From contig CAUUCP010000005.1 in assembly GCA_963543925.1 (NCBI GenBank), positions 2,361-66,360 on the forward strand: DNA of 64,000 bases. The letters run 5' to 3'. Made by a program: the position numbers and the translations under genes. Shown piece by piece: positions 16,456 through 26,447 of this stretch (position 1 is its first letter; each line of letters opens with the position of its first letter). The notes below the pieces were generated by a model. That model worked only from the letters and a program-made list of their open reading frames with translations, did not search any database and was not told where the DNA came from. This DNA is from an uncultured Bacteroidia bacterium (GTDB lineage: Bacteria > Bacteroidota > Bacteroidia > Bacteroidales > CAJPTX01).

Positions 16456-17508
16456 ATGGCAATCCTACGCGTGGGTGTCGAGGCATTTCTTAACCTTCGA
16501 GAGGCTGGGATTATCGTCGACGTCCGTTCGCCTAACGAGTTTGCGCATGCCCATATCCCAGGTGCGGTGAATATCCCGCTCTTTAGTGATGACGAGCGTG
16601 CCAATATTGGCACACTCTATACTCGTGTCTCCCGAGAGGCGGCTATCTCCCGAGGCTTTGAATATCTGAACGGGCGTCTCGAAGAGCTCCGTCTTTCACT
16701 TCTCCATACGGCACGGCACGGTGCGGTGCGCTTGCACTGTTGGCGTGGTGGTATGCGTTCGGAGAGTGTCGCATGGCTCGTCGAACGTTCGGGGGTGTCG
16801 GTTTATCTTTTGGAGGGGGGCTACAAAGCCTATCGGGCTTACGTATTGGAACGTTTTGCGTCTCCTATGCAGCTCCTTATCCTTGCGGGGATGACGGGAG
16901 CGGGAAAGACCGAGGTGCTTACCGAACTCGACGCTCTAGGAGAGCAGGTTATCGACCTGGAGGCATTGGCGCACCACAAGGGTTCTGCTTTTGGTGCGTT
17001 GGGAGAATTGCCACAGCCCTCTACCGAGCAGTTTGAAAATGATCTCCTCGCTGCGCTACGTCCACTCTCTTCGCAGAAGAGGTTGTGGCTCGAGGATGAG
17101 AGTCGGAACATCGGGCGTGTGCTGCTTCCAGCATCCTTTTTCGCTCAGATGACGGATGCCCCTCGTGTCGTCCTAGAAACTCCGTTCTCTGATCGGGTGG
17201 CGCGCCTCACACGCATTTATACATCTCATTCGCCCGAGGAGCTTGTTTTGTGCATAGAGAAGATTCGCAAACGGTTGGGAGGTGACCACGCCAACGAATG
17301 TATTGCGCTTATTCGTCACGGAGATCTCCGAACAGCCGTAGAGCGTGTTCTGCACTATTATGACAAGCGTTATAGTTATGGGCTGCAGACTACGTCGCAG
17401 ATTCTCTGCCGTATAGTACCGTCTGCTGCTGCGCCGCGTGCGGTAGCTGAACAGCTCTTGGCTGCCCTTCCTCACGTTCTTAGCTGCTATGGGGCTGGGA
17501 ATCTGTGA
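16456..17508 (+). CDS. selU: tRNA 2-selenouridine(34) synthase
   Basis: N-terminal rhodanese domain (VDVRSPNEFAHAHIPGAVNIPLFSDDERANIGTLY, active-site HCWRGGMRS) followed by the P-loop GMTGAGKTE. This architecture is typical of SelU/MnmH. Confidence 0.85.
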   Translation: MAILRVGVEAFLNLREAGIIVDVRSPNEFAHAHIPGAVNIPLFSDDERANIGTLYTRVSREAAISRGFEYLNGRLEELRLSLLHTARHGAVRLHCWRGGMRSESVAWLVERSGVSVYLLEGGYKAYRAYVLERFASPMQLLILAGMTGAGKTEVLTELDALGEQVIDLEALAHHKGSAFGALGELPQPSTEQFENDLLAALRPLSSQKRLWLEDESRNIGRVLLPASFFAQMTDAPRVVLETPFSDRVARLTRIYTSHSPEELVLCIEKIRKRLGGDHANECIALIRHGDLRTAVERVLHYYDKRYSYGLQTTSQILCRIVPSAAAPRAVAEQLLAALPHVLSCYGAGNL

Positions 17509-17558
17509 TTTTGTTCCACGTGGAAACCTCCCCTGCCTTATCCATCATATAGTTGCCA

Positions 17559-20210
17559 ATGTCTTACACGAAACGTCTCTTACTTATCGATGGCTATGCG
17601 CTCCTCTATAGGTCGCACTATGCTATGATTAACAATCCGTTAATCACTTCCAAGGAGGAAAACACCTCGGCAGCCTTCGGTTTCCTACGGACGTTGCTAG
17701 ACTGCATAGATCAGTTCCAACCCACGCACCTGGGGGTGGCGTTCGACTTGGGGGGAAAGACCTTTCGCCACGAAATGGACGAGAATTACAAGAGCAATCG
17801 ACCACCTACACCGCCCGAGGTGAAATTCGGACTGGAGGTCGTTCGTCAGTTCCTAAAAACATTACACATTATAGAGTTGTGGGCAGAAGGGTTCGAGGCG
17901 GACGATGTCATAGGTTCTATTGCGCACCACTTTGCCAGCGAAGAAGTACAGGTGCAGATCTACTCCCCCGACAAGGATTTCCAACAGCTCTTGGCACCAC
18001 ACGTGCAGCTGCTGCGCCCCAAGAGTATGGGAGTAGGGCTCAATCTTGTGACAGAGGAAGATCTTTTACAGAAATACCACATCAAGTCTGCGAAACAGTT
18101 TGTCGACATACTAGCCCTATGGGGAGATACGGCAGATAACGTGCCCGGCGTCCCAGGCATTGGCGAGAAGCGTGCTGCAGCCTTGGTATCCGAATATGGT
18201 TCGATAGAGTACATCTTGGGCAACAGTGGGCGTTTTACGAAACACATGGCGGCGAGTTTGGAACAGAATACAAAACAGCTGATGCTCTCGCGTCAGTTGG
18301 TGCGTATCCGTCTTGATGCCCCATTCCCAGAAGATATTGAGCAGTATCGGATGCCCTCCGACGTCTCTGCAGATGCCCTCCGTGCCCTGAATGACCAGTA
18401 TGAGTTCCGCTCTCTTGGCGAACGGCTCGTACGCTGTTTCACGAAAACGCAAAACACCCCGAAACAACCCTCGTTAGATGCCTTTTGTAAGGATATAGCC
18501 ACCTTGACAACAAGAGGGGAATTTGACGCCTTCGTACGCGATTTAGAATACCTACAGACGCCTTACTCGCTCGTGCTCTCTGCCAAGGGGTATGCTCTTG
18601 CCTATTTGAAAGGAGAAACGCTCGTCGCAAGAGTATTTGCCATAGAGGTCTTGGATGCTTGTGCTCCAGAGTGGCGCGATGCGATGGCACACTTCTTTGC
18701 CCGCCCCGAGCTCTCCTGTTATGCCTATGACCTCAAGGCGATCTTCTACTCCCTGCGTGCGCAAGGGATGAAGCCCTTGGGGGCAAAGCTGGTCGACCTC
18801 CTGATTGCGCACTACCTCCTAGCACCAGAAAAAGCTTATGAGTTGGAAGTGCTTATCGCCAAGGAATTTCATTACACGCTGCAAGCACCTGCACACTCCC
18901 TCGACGCGCTAGCGGAACAAGCCATACTCCTGTACCGTTTGGGAGAGCAGCTCGCCGAACGGATTGACGCTACGGGGCTTGGAAAGATCTTCCATGACTT
19001 GGAGATGCCCCTCCTCCCCGTCCTCTTTGCTATGGAAGTCACGGGGGTTGCTGTAAATACCGAGGTATTGACACAGCTCCACGACCGTTTGCAAGCAGAG
19101 CTCGACGCTCTTGAGGCAGAGATCCGAACCGTAGCGAAAAATCCCGACTTCAAGATCTCATCCCCAAAACAGGTAGGGGAGCTCCTTTTTGAAACCTTGG
19201 CAATCGCCGACAAGCCGAAGAAGACTCCTAAGGGGCAGTACAATACTACCGAGCAAGAGCTAGAAAAGTATCGGGAGGCATACCCCGTAGTAGAGAACAT
19301 CTTGCACTATCGCGAGACTGCCAAGCTCCTTTCAACCTACATCGATGCGCTACCAAAATTGGTAGACCCACACACGCACCTCATCCATGCCTCCTTTAAC
19401 CAAGCGGTGGTGGCCACAGGACGTCTGAGTTCGAGCAACCCCAATCTACAAAACATCCCCGTGCGTACCGAGGTGGGGCGTGAGATTCGTTCGGCATTCG
19501 TCTCGCGATTTGGTAAGGAGGGGCTACTCCTCTCCGCCGACTATTCACAGATTGAGCTCCGTGTGCTCGCACACATGGCCAATGACGAGCATATGATCGC
19601 TGCCTTCAACCAAGGGCAGGATATCCATACGGCCACGGCAGCGCGAGTCAATGGCGTGCCCGTAGAGGAGGTCTCCAAGTTGATGCGTGAGCGTGCGAAG
19701 CGCGTGAACTTCGGGATTGTCTATGGGATCAGTCCCTTTGGGCTCTCACAACAGTTGCATATCCCTATAGACGAAGCTGCGGCGTTTATGAAAAGCTATT
19801 TCGAGCTCTATCCTACTATCGAGACCTTTATGCATGACACCATCGAGGCGGGACGTCGCGACGGGTATGTACAGACCCTTTGGGGACGCCGTCGGTATGT
19901 GTATTACCTCCGTGCAGAAAATCAGAATGTCCGACAGGGGGCAGAGCGTATGGCAGTGAATATGCCTATTCAGGGGACGGCTGCCGATATTATCAAGGCT
20001 GCTATGGTACAGATTGCCGACCTGCTTCGTACGCATGGATTCCGCGCTCTGCTTACGACACAGGTACATGACGAACTCATCTTCGACGTACCTCGCGACG
20101 AGATAGAGAGACTCGCCCCACTTGTCAAGGAGACGATGGAGCGTGTCATGACCCTGCGTGTCCCCCTCGTGGTAGACCTCGCCGTAGGAGATCATTGGGG
20201 CGCATTGTAG
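17559..20210 (+). CDS. polA: DNA polymerase I
   Basis: 5' nuclease LLLIDGYALLYRSHYA. Pol motif A is LLSADYSQIELRVLAH, motif B is RERAKRVNFGIVYGIS, motif C is VHDELIFDVP. I prefer the ATG at 17559 to the listed TTG at 17553. Confidence 0.95.
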   Translation: MSYTKRLLLIDGYALLYRSHYAMINNPLITSKEENTSAAFGFLRTLLDCIDQFQPTHLGVAFDLGGKTFRHEMDENYKSNRPPTPPEVKFGLEVVRQFLKTLHIIELWAEGFEADDVIGSIAHHFASEEVQVQIYSPDKDFQQLLAPHVQLLRPKSMGVGLNLVTEEDLLQKYHIKSAKQFVDILALWGDTADNVPGVPGIGEKRAAALVSEYGSIEYILGNSGRFTKHMAASLEQNTKQLMLSRQLVRIRLDAPFPEDIEQYRMPSDVSADALRALNDQYEFRSLGERLVRCFTKTQNTPKQPSLDAFCKDIATLTTRGEFDAFVRDLEYLQTPYSLVLSAKGYALAYLKGETLVARVFAIEVLDACAPEWRDAMAHFFARPELSCYAYDLKAIFYSLRAQGMKPLGAKLVDLLIAHYLLAPEKAYELEVLIAKEFHYTLQAPAHSLDALAEQAILLYRLGEQLAERIDATGLGKIFHDLEMPLLPVLFAMEVTGVAVNTEVLTQLHDRLQAELDALEAEIRTVAKNPDFKISSPKQVGELLFETLAIADKPKKTPKGQYNTTEQELEKYREAYPVVENILHYRETAKLLSTYIDALPKLVDPHTHLIHASFNQAVVATGRLSSSNPNLQNIPVRTEVGREIRSAFVSRFGKEGLLLSADYSQIELRVLAHMANDEHMIAAFNQGQDIHTATAARVNGVPVEEVSKLMRERAKRVNFGIVYGISPFGLSQQLHIPIDEAAAFMKSYFELYPTIETFMHDTIEAGRRDGYVQTLWGRRRYVYYLRAENQNVRQGAERMAVNMPIQGTAADIIKAAMVQIADLLRTHGFRALLTTQVHDELIFDVPRDEIERLAPLVKETMERVMTLRVPLVVDLAVGDHWGAL

Positions 20211-20288
20211 CCTAAGTACTCCTCTGGGTGGATCTCCTCCTACTCCTCCTCTACCCTCCTTCTAAAGAAGTCGGTCGGCACGCAGGCG

Positions 20289-22649
20289 TTAGAATAGAAT
20301 CCGATAGTTGAACATTGGGGTAAAACCCTGCTGGTAACGATACCTGACGCTCTGCGTTGCGACATCCCATACTTTGCCAAAGACGTTGCGGTGGTTCGTA
20401 AGGTTTTGTAGGTCAAGCGCCCACTCCTGAGAAAAATGTCGCGTATTCTGTCGGAAGGCTAGCCGTGCATTCACCTTGAAATACGGAGCAGCTTTTTCCG
20501 AATAGGGGCGAGACCAGTCGTTGACTAGCTCCCGATCTCGTCGCGAGGCCTCCTCGTCGACAGGATTCATCCATTTGCCGCCAGCAAAGACCGCTCGTCC
20601 ATCGATAAGGAGTGCATACGTCGGGCTAAACGTCACCTCGTAACCCCCTAGGAGATTGAAAGCATACTCTCCATTGAACTTCGCATTGCGCCAACCACCC
20701 TCCAGCGTGCGAACCTGTGATTGGAACAGTGAGGCGGTCAATAGGAAGTAATAACCATGGGAGAGGAATTTCTCCAGCGTTAGTTCCAGCCCATAGTTCC
20801 GACCGTTGCCCGAGTTGACTAAGTCGCGAGGTACGGTGATGTTGTAGGAGTCTCCTGCATCCAGAAGCGAGAAGCCTGCGATCTGTCTCCTCGAAACAGG
20901 GATCGCGTAGAGCCATTGGTAGTAAAGCTCGCTCTTTAGACGGAACTCTTTCCCCAATTTGACGTCGTAGGCAAGGACTGAATGGATGGCACGCGAGAGA
21001 CCCAGATTGCGCATGGAGGAGGGGCTCTCCGTTTTCAAGAAGTAGAAGAGTGGCGATTGCATCTGACTGTGAAGCCCCCCCGAGAGGGTTAGGGTCTGTC
21101 GTGCTGCAACCCTCCACTGTAACGCCATGCGCGGCTCCAGTGCCCACGTATCGTTGAGGTGGAGATAGAGCCCGTGCAAGCCTGTGGCGAGCGTGAGCTT
21201 TTCGCTAGGACGATAGCGCCACGCAATATGCGCTTGGGAGAGGAGGTACGACCCTTGTGAGGAGACGCGTTCTAGGTATTGACTCGGGGAGATAAGGATC
21301 GAATCTTGGAGCGAGAGTTGCGACCATTGGAGTGTACTGCCTACCTCCCAGAAATGACGAGCAGAGAGACGTTGTTGGAAATCGAGGTAAAGCGAAGGGG
21401 TAGATTTACTCAGGCGCATGGCGTACCAGCGGTTGCGTTTGGCTGCCGTGGTGATCGAATCAATATTCGTCGCCGAGAGATTGCCTGTTGCCGCAAGCTT
21501 GAGGGTAAGGCGGGTATCAGAGGAAAGGCGATGGGTGACCTTTGCGCCGAGGACTCCAGATCGGGTGTAAAAATCCAAGTCGGAACGCTCGGGCTGTCCT
21601 GCTTGCGGGGTATCCCCTTCGTGCCATCCAAAGAAGATACTATTAAGCCCTCCTAATCCAAAAAGCTCGATGTGCCAGCGTGCGTGCAGGGGGACTTGTA
21701 CTTTGAACGTCAGATCTTGGTAATAAGGGGTAGCGCCATTCGTCCCCAGATCGAGATTCACCCCGAGGCGTTTCAATAGCGCTGGAAAGGAGTAGCGATA
21801 GCCGATCAGAAACGAGCCGGAATGTCGCTTTGACAGTGGACCTTCTGCACCCAGTTCAAAGCCTCCCCAGCCGATCTGTCCGACAAATTCGTAGCGCTCG
21901 TTATTGCCATTACGTAGACGAAGGTCAAATGCCCCAGAGAGCGCATTGCCATAGCCTGCTGGGAAGGCTCCTGTAAAGAAATCCGACTGGGCGAGGTAAT
22001 TGGCACTCACCATGGAGATAGGGCCTCCCGTTAAACCGTCGGTAGAAAAATGGTTGGGCGAAGGGATGTCCACACCCTCTAGCTTCCACAGGAGCCCCGT
22101 CGGGGAGTTGCCGCGGATGACGATGTCGTTCCGTTCGTCAGAGACACTCATCACGCCTGCATAGTTGGCGACCATACGTGCTGGGTCTCCCAAGCTCCCT
22201 GCGTAGCGCTCGGTCTCCGCCAATGTGAAGGCACGTGCCGAGGCTAGGGCAAACTCATTCGTCGGGACATCTTTACGTTGGGTATAGGCGATGGTCACAC
22301 CCTCGAGCTCGGTCACCGACTCCTCCAGTGGGATACTTAAGTAAAGCTCCTTGCCTGATGAAAGAAGGAGTGCGTGCGCCTCCCACGGGAGATAACCCAA
22401 GCAAGAAACCTGCAGGGAGTGACGCCCCACTGGAATATCGGACAAGAGGAACTTCCCATTGCTATCGCTGATTGTGACCTTAGACGGATTCAGGCTTTCC
22501 AAGCGTATCACAGCCCCTGCTATTGGTTCGTGGGTTTGTAGGTCGCGCACCTCGCCGCGTATATTCTGGGTCAGCGGGTCTGGCGCTGCCCACAGAGTTA
22601 GGGGGAGCAAAAGGAAGAAAAAGAGTATACCACGAAAATGAAGCATCAT
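20289..22649 (-). CDS. TonB-dependent-receptor-like outer-membrane protein with CarboxypepD_reg N-domain
   Basis: Signal peptide FFFLLLPLTLWA. The CarboxypepD_reg domain is IRGEVRDLQTHEPIAGAVIRLES...SDSNGKFLLSDIPVGRHSLQVSCLGY. A plug-like segment and long beta-barrel follow, ending in an aromatic residue (RILF). Start moved to MMLHF (22649). Confidence 0.85.
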   Translation of the reverse strand: MMLHFRGILFFFLLLPLTLWAAPDPLTQNIRGEVRDLQTHEPIAGAVIRLESLNPSKVTISDSNGKFLLSDIPVGRHSLQVSCLGYLPWEAHALLLSSGKELYLSIPLEESVTELEGVTIAYTQRKDVPTNEFALASARAFTLAETERYAGSLGDPARMVANYAGVMSVSDERNDIVIRGNSPTGLLWKLEGVDIPSPNHFSTDGLTGGPISMVSANYLAQSDFFTGAFPAGYGNALSGAFDLRLRNGNNERYEFVGQIGWGGFELGAEGPLSKRHSGSFLIGYRYSFPALLKRLGVNLDLGTNGATPYYQDLTFKVQVPLHARWHIELFGLGGLNSIFFGWHEGDTPQAGQPERSDLDFYTRSGVLGAKVTHRLSSDTRLTLKLAATGNLSATNIDSITTAAKRNRWYAMRLSKSTPSLYLDFQQRLSARHFWEVGSTLQWSQLSLQDSILISPSQYLERVSSQGSYLLSQAHIAWRYRPSEKLTLATGLHGLYLHLNDTWALEPRMALQWRVAARQTLTLSGGLHSQMQSPLFYFLKTESPSSMRNLGLSRAIHSVLAYDVKLGKEFRLKSELYYQWLYAIPVSRRQIAGFSLLDAGDSYNITVPRDLVNSGNGRNYGLELTLEKFLSHGYYFLLTASLFQSQVRTLEGGWRNAKFNGEYAFNLLGGYEVTFSPTYALLIDGRAVFAGGKWMNPVDEEASRRDRELVNDWSRPYSEKAAPYFKVNARLAFRQNTRHFSQEWALDLQNLTNHRNVFGKVWDVATQSVRYRYQQGFTPMFNYRILF

Positions 22650-22873
22650 GAGTAAGGCTTTGGCTAAACAACATGGGTTGAACAAAAATCATGCACCAAG
22701 AGGCTGGAGTGTTTTTCCTCGACCACTGACGAGCCACAGACTACCCATACGTACCAAGCGGTAGACAGAGCGAAGGCGATCGTGACGAACGATCTCATCT
22801 CTATATAAAACAGGATGGCTTGCGAAGCGTTAACTAAGAAGCGGAGCTTTTCCGCCGATAAATGGAGGAGAGT

Positions 22874-23716
22874 ATGAAGTATATCGGAGCGCACGTCAGT
22901 GCTAGTGGTGGCGTCTCGCACGCACCAGAGAATGCGCACGCCATCGGGGCGACAGCCTTTGCACTCTTTACGAAAAATCAGCGGCAGTGGAATGCTGCGC
23001 CACTCACCGAGGAGGAGATTGCCACCTTTCAGGCTCGTTGTGCAGCGTACGGTTATGGTGCTGGGCAGATCCTCCCACACAATAGCTATCTGATTAACCT
23101 TGGGAGTCCTGAGGCGGGGAAACGTGCACAGTCGCTTGCATCGTTTATTGATGAGATGCGTCGCTGTGCCCAATTGGGGATCGATCGACTGAACTTCCAC
23201 CCAGGGAGTCACCTCAAGCAGATCTCCCCCACCGAGTGCCTTCATCTTATCGCAGAGGGGGTGAACCAAGCCATTGCCGCCGTGCCGAACGTCTGTGCCG
23301 TACTAGAGAATACCGCGGGGCAGGGCTCGAACCTTGGCTATACCTTTGAACAGTTGGCGGAGATTATTGCCCAAGTCACAGACCCTTCTCGCGTAGGGGT
23401 GTGTATCGATACCTGTCATGCGCACCAAGCGGGGTACGACCTCTCCACACCAGCAGGCTATAATGAGATGATGGAGGTCTTTGCAGAAACGGTAGGACTG
23501 CAGTACTTGCGGGGGATGCATCTCAACGATGCAATCCACCCAGCTGGGAGCAAGAAAGACCGGCATGCGCCCCTAGGCGATGGCACCATCGGCTGGGCGA
23601 CCTTCGAGACACTCGTACAAGACCCACGTACCGATGGCATCCCACTCATCCTCGAAACGCCAGAGCCAGAACGTTGGCCTGACGAGATTGCGCGGCTAAA
23701 ACAAGCCGCTAGCTAG
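22874..23716 (+). CDS. nfo: Endonuclease IV (deoxyribonuclease IV)
   Basis: [14 protein letters not shown]-terminus, plus [15 protein letters not shown] and CIDTCHA metal-site motifs. Confidence 0.9.
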   Translation: MKYIGAHVSASGGVSHAPENAHAIGATAFALFTKNQRQWNAAPLTEEEIATFQARCAAYGYGAGQILPHNSYLINLGSPEAGKRAQSLASFIDEMRRCAQLGIDRLNFHPGSHLKQISPTECLHLIAEGVNQAIAAVPNVCAVLENTAGQGSNLGYTFEQLAEIIAQVTDPSRVGVCIDTCHAHQAGYDLSTPAGYNEMMEVFAETVGLQYLRGMHLNDAIHPAGSKKDRHAPLGDGTIGWATFETLVQDPRTDGIPLILETPEPERWPDEIARLKQAAS

Positions 23717-23737
23717 TAAAACGTTAGCTAGTAATAA

Positions 23738-23770
23738 AAGAGAGGAGGGAAGCCCCTCCTCTCTTGTTTT
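23738..23770. terminator. Bidirectional rho-independent terminator between convergent nfo and ddl
   Basis: 11-12 bp perfect stem AGAGAGGAGGG / CCCTCCTCTCT with a 4-nt loop (AAGC). It has TGTTTT on the plus side and TTTTATTAC on the minus side. Confidence 0.85.
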
Positions 23771-23788
23771 GCTATTCGTGTGGGGATA

Positions 23789-24769
23789 CTATGCGCGCAT
23801 CGCGTCGAGGATCTCGACCAAGAGGTCGGGCATCTCGCGCCCCAGGGCGCGCACCTGCTTGGGGACGATGCTCTCGGCTGTAAGCCCGGGACAGGTGTTG
23901 ATCTCTAGGAAGTAGGGCGTCCCGTCGTGGAGTATGAAGTCTGCTCGCGCCATACCCCGACACCCGAGGCGTTCGTAGGCGGCTGCTGTGTAGTGTTGGA
24001 CACGTTCCGACATCGGCAGGGGGATTCTCGCTGGGACGATCTCCTGCGAAGAACCGTCGTACTTGGTCTGGAAGTCGAAGAACTCCGACGGGGAGACAAT
24101 CTCGGCCACTGGGAAAGTGGTCACACGAGAGCCTACCTTGACCATCCCACACGAGAGCTCTGTACCGGGACAGAACCGCTCCAGCATGATGTCCGAGGAA
24201 ATCTCCAACGTCTCCCGCACGGCCTGGTGGAGCTCATTCCCATTACGAACCTTCTTTACGCCTACGCTACTCCCGTTGTCGTTCGGTTTCACAAAGAGGG
24301 GAAAACCGATGTCTCGCTTTATGGTTTCGATATCAAGGTCTTCGAAACGATGGATGTCTAGGGAGGGAAGCAGCGGCACTATCCCCTGTAAGTATCGCTT
24401 GCAAGCACTCTTGTGGAAAGAGATCGCTTGTGTAAAGGCGCTCCCCGTGGAAAAGGGAATGTGCATCAACTCTAGGTAACCTTGCAATAAACCATTTTCG
24501 CCCGGTGTACCGTGGGTAGAGATGAAGGCAAGATCGAGCGGGAGCATCCCGTCGGGGAGCGGGAGGGAAAACGTGTTCTTGTCGACCTGTACACAACGCC
24601 CATCGGGCAGAGTATAGGTCCAACTGGCCCCCTGCACATCGATCACGTAGGGCGTATACCGTGTCCCCGAGATCCAATTCTGGAGCTGCTCCGCACTTAG
24701 GAGAGAAATGACGCGCTCTTGTGATGTGCCTCCCGCCAAGATGGCGACATTATATCCGTTTCGTATCAT
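23789..24769 (-). CDS. ddl: D-alanine--D-alanine ligase
   Basis: 326 aa. N-terminus VAILAGGTSQERVISLLSA, then HGTPGENGLLQGYLELMHIPF, and the ATP-grasp C-terminus GMARADFILHDGTPYFLEINTCPGLT. Confidence 0.95.
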   Translation of the reverse strand: MIRNGYNVAILAGGTSQERVISLLSAEQLQNWISGTRYTPYVIDVQGASWTYTLPDGRCVQVDKNTFSLPLPDGMLPLDLAFISTHGTPGENGLLQGYLELMHIPFSTGSAFTQAISFHKSACKRYLQGIVPLLPSLDIHRFEDLDIETIKRDIGFPLFVKPNDNGSSVGVKKVRNGNELHQAVRETLEISSDIMLERFCPGTELSCGMVKVGSRVTTFPVAEIVSPSEFFDFQTKYDGSSQEIVPARIPLPMSERVQHYTAAAYERLGCRGMARADFILHDGTPYFLEINTCPGLTAESIVPKQVRALGREMPDLLVEILDAMRA

Positions 24770-24795
24770 TGAAGGTTTCCTATTGAAAAGTGGTG

Positions 24796-24803
24796 CAAAG
24801 TTA
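24796..24803 (-). promoter_or_regulatory. Bacteroidota -7 box (TAACTTTG on the minus strand) upstream of ddl
   Basis: The plus strand reads CAAAGTTA. It is 27 nt upstream of the ddl ATG and lies outside repeat copy C. Confidence 0.45.
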
Positions 24804-24898
24804 ACCGCTCGGACGAGATCTGAGGAGGGTCTGCAGAAGATTTTGCACAGGATGTTCTGGAGCTCCTAGCCATACCGCATCCATGCGGAAAACCACGA

Positions 24899-25250
24899 TA
24901 CGGTTCTAAACAGTGTGTAACAAGCTTCCTGTTTCGCCACCCACCGCCCGTTCCTTATACACATAGCGCCTACTACTACTTTATGGAATCCTAAAGCGCT
25001 ATTTTTGTACGATAAACTAAATAATAGAGTGCTGGAATAAAGAAATGCGTATAGAATATGAGCTATTTCAGGGTAGGTAATTTTACCTAATTTAGGGCGT
25101 GTAGAGTACGTGTAGAGTCTGTGTAGCGTACGTGTAGCATTGGTGTACTCAGAACATGGCTTGTTTGGGGAGGGGGAATTAATGAAAATATAAAGCGGTA
25201 TAAGCCTGTTTTTCTCCCGTTGCTGTGATGCTTAGGCACTTTTACAGATA
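24899..25250 (+). repeat. Intergenic IR-bounded element, copy C
   Basis: It is collinear with copy B along its whole length. The degenerate ends are TACGGTTCTAAACAGTGTGTAAC and CTTAGGCACTTTTACAGATA. The palindrome TAGGTAA-TT-TTACCTA is at 25074-25089. Confidence 0.8.
25099..25153 (+). repeat. Phased 11-bp direct-repeat array of copy C (5 units)
   Basis: The units are gtgtagagtac / gtgtagagtct / gtgtagcgtac / gtgtagcattg / gtgtactcaga. Confidence 0.85.
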
Positions 25251-25502
25251 TCCCCTCGCTACCTTGGAAATCGCAACAATTGGTTGCGGTAGTAGATTTC
25301 TTTGCTCAATTACAGCACTAAGTTACTAAAAATCATTGGTGTAAATGGTGTTTACCGTGCAATAATCCCATGGTAGACCTGAAGATGGGTAGCTTCTTTA
25401 GACACTGTGTAGGAGAGTATCCAATACTTCAGAAGAGAGGACGTTTTGCGGCACTCAGACAATAGTATCGCTCGGTGTATAAAGAAATGCACAAAAATCC
25501 GT

Positions 25503-25510
25503 TACTTTTG
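25503..25510 (+). promoter_or_regulatory. Bacteroidota -7 box (TACTTTTG) upstream of the FKBP cluster
   Basis: It matches TAnnTTTG 23 nt upstream of the ATG at 25533. This supports the shorter start. Confidence 0.45.
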
Positions 25511-25532
25511 TGGGAGTATAGAGGGACGTGGC

Positions 25533-26447
25533 ATGATGGGCATATTACGGTGTAGCCGTGGAAGATTTGGGTTCGCAACAGTCGTACTGCTCTTGGCAGT
25601 GCTACTGGGATGTCAACGCGCGCCAGAAGGCTACCTCGCGGGGTATACCCAGTTGGTAGATGACACCTATTACCGTCTTGCAGCTCTAGGCGAGGGGGCG
25701 CGCAAAGCTTCGCTCGGCGACTATATTACGCTTCAGTTGCGTTACGCCACCCTAGAGGACTCTACTTTTTTCACGGGGCTACGTCGTTTCCAAATCGAGC
25801 CATCGCCTTACGAAGGTTCGATCGATGCCTGTTTTACACTGCTCGCAGAGGGAGATAGTGCCAATTTCTATCTGAATCCCCGCAAGTTCTTTGAACAGAC
25901 TCTACAGACTACTCTACCCCACTTCTTGGATTCTGTCCCCTCGATGCGCATTGATGTAAAGGTATTGGCACTCCAAGATTCCGTCTCCTACGCGCGCGAT
26001 AAAGAGGCATTCGTACATTGGATTGAGGATTTCAGTGCTTACGAACGGGTACTCTTGGCACAGTATATCGCCAAGGAGCGGATGAACCCACACGCCGTCG
26101 ACAGTCTTTTTTACTTGCCCAAAAGAGCGGGAAGTGGAGATTATCCGCGCAACGGAGATACCCTTACCATCGAGTTTGAGGGACGATTCCTTGACGGTGA
26201 GTTCTTCGACTCGACCAAGAAGCGCAAGGAGTCCTTTCAGTTCGTCTTGGGACAAAAGTGGCAAGTCATCGACGGACTAGAACGCGCCGTACGGATGATG
26301 CGTGAGGGAGAGATTGCCCTCTTTATTCTCCCGTCTGCGGTCGCCTTTGGCGCAACGGGCAGCTCTACGGGGATCGTCCCCCCCTACACGCCCGTCATCT
26401 TTGAGATTGAACTTTCAGAACTTAAGCCAGGTGAACGTCTGGAATAG
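25533..26447 (+). CDS. FKBP-type peptidyl-prolyl isomerase lipoprotein
   Basis: Start at MMGILRC...LLAVLLGC (lipobox). The C-terminal FKBP core is GDTLTIEFEGRFLDGEFFDST...VIDGLERAVRMMREGEIALFILPSAVAFGATG...VIFEIEL. Confidence 0.8.
   Translation: MMGILRCSRGRFGFATVVLLLAVLLGCQRAPEGYLAGYTQLVDDTYYRLAALGEGARKASLGDYITLQLRYATLEDSTFFTGLRRFQIEPSPYEGSIDACFTLLAEGDSANFYLNPRKFFEQTLQTTLPHFLDSVPSMRIDVKVLALQDSVSYARDKEAFVHWIEDFSAYERVLLAQYIAKERMNPHAVDSLFYLPKRAGSGDYPRNGDTLTIEFEGRFLDGEFFDSTKKRKESFQFVLGQKWQVIDGLERAVRMMREGEIALFILPSAVAFGATGSSTGIVPPYTPVIFEIELSELKPGERLE

Noticed and set aside
22650-22873. Possible riboswitch (cobalamin or TPP) in the leader of the TonB-dependent receptor gene
   Set aside because: I could not find B12-box or TPP-core consensus sequences in the correct (minus) orientation. 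The region is more simply a shared divergent promoter with nfo. There is only a small inverted repeat (GATCGT-N5-ACGATC).
26302-26430. Listed start of the middle FKBP-cluster ORF at 26302
   Set aside because: It would overlap the preceding FKBP gene by 146 nt in another frame and yields an Arg/Ser-rich leader. The lipoprotein signal begins only at the GTG at 26431.
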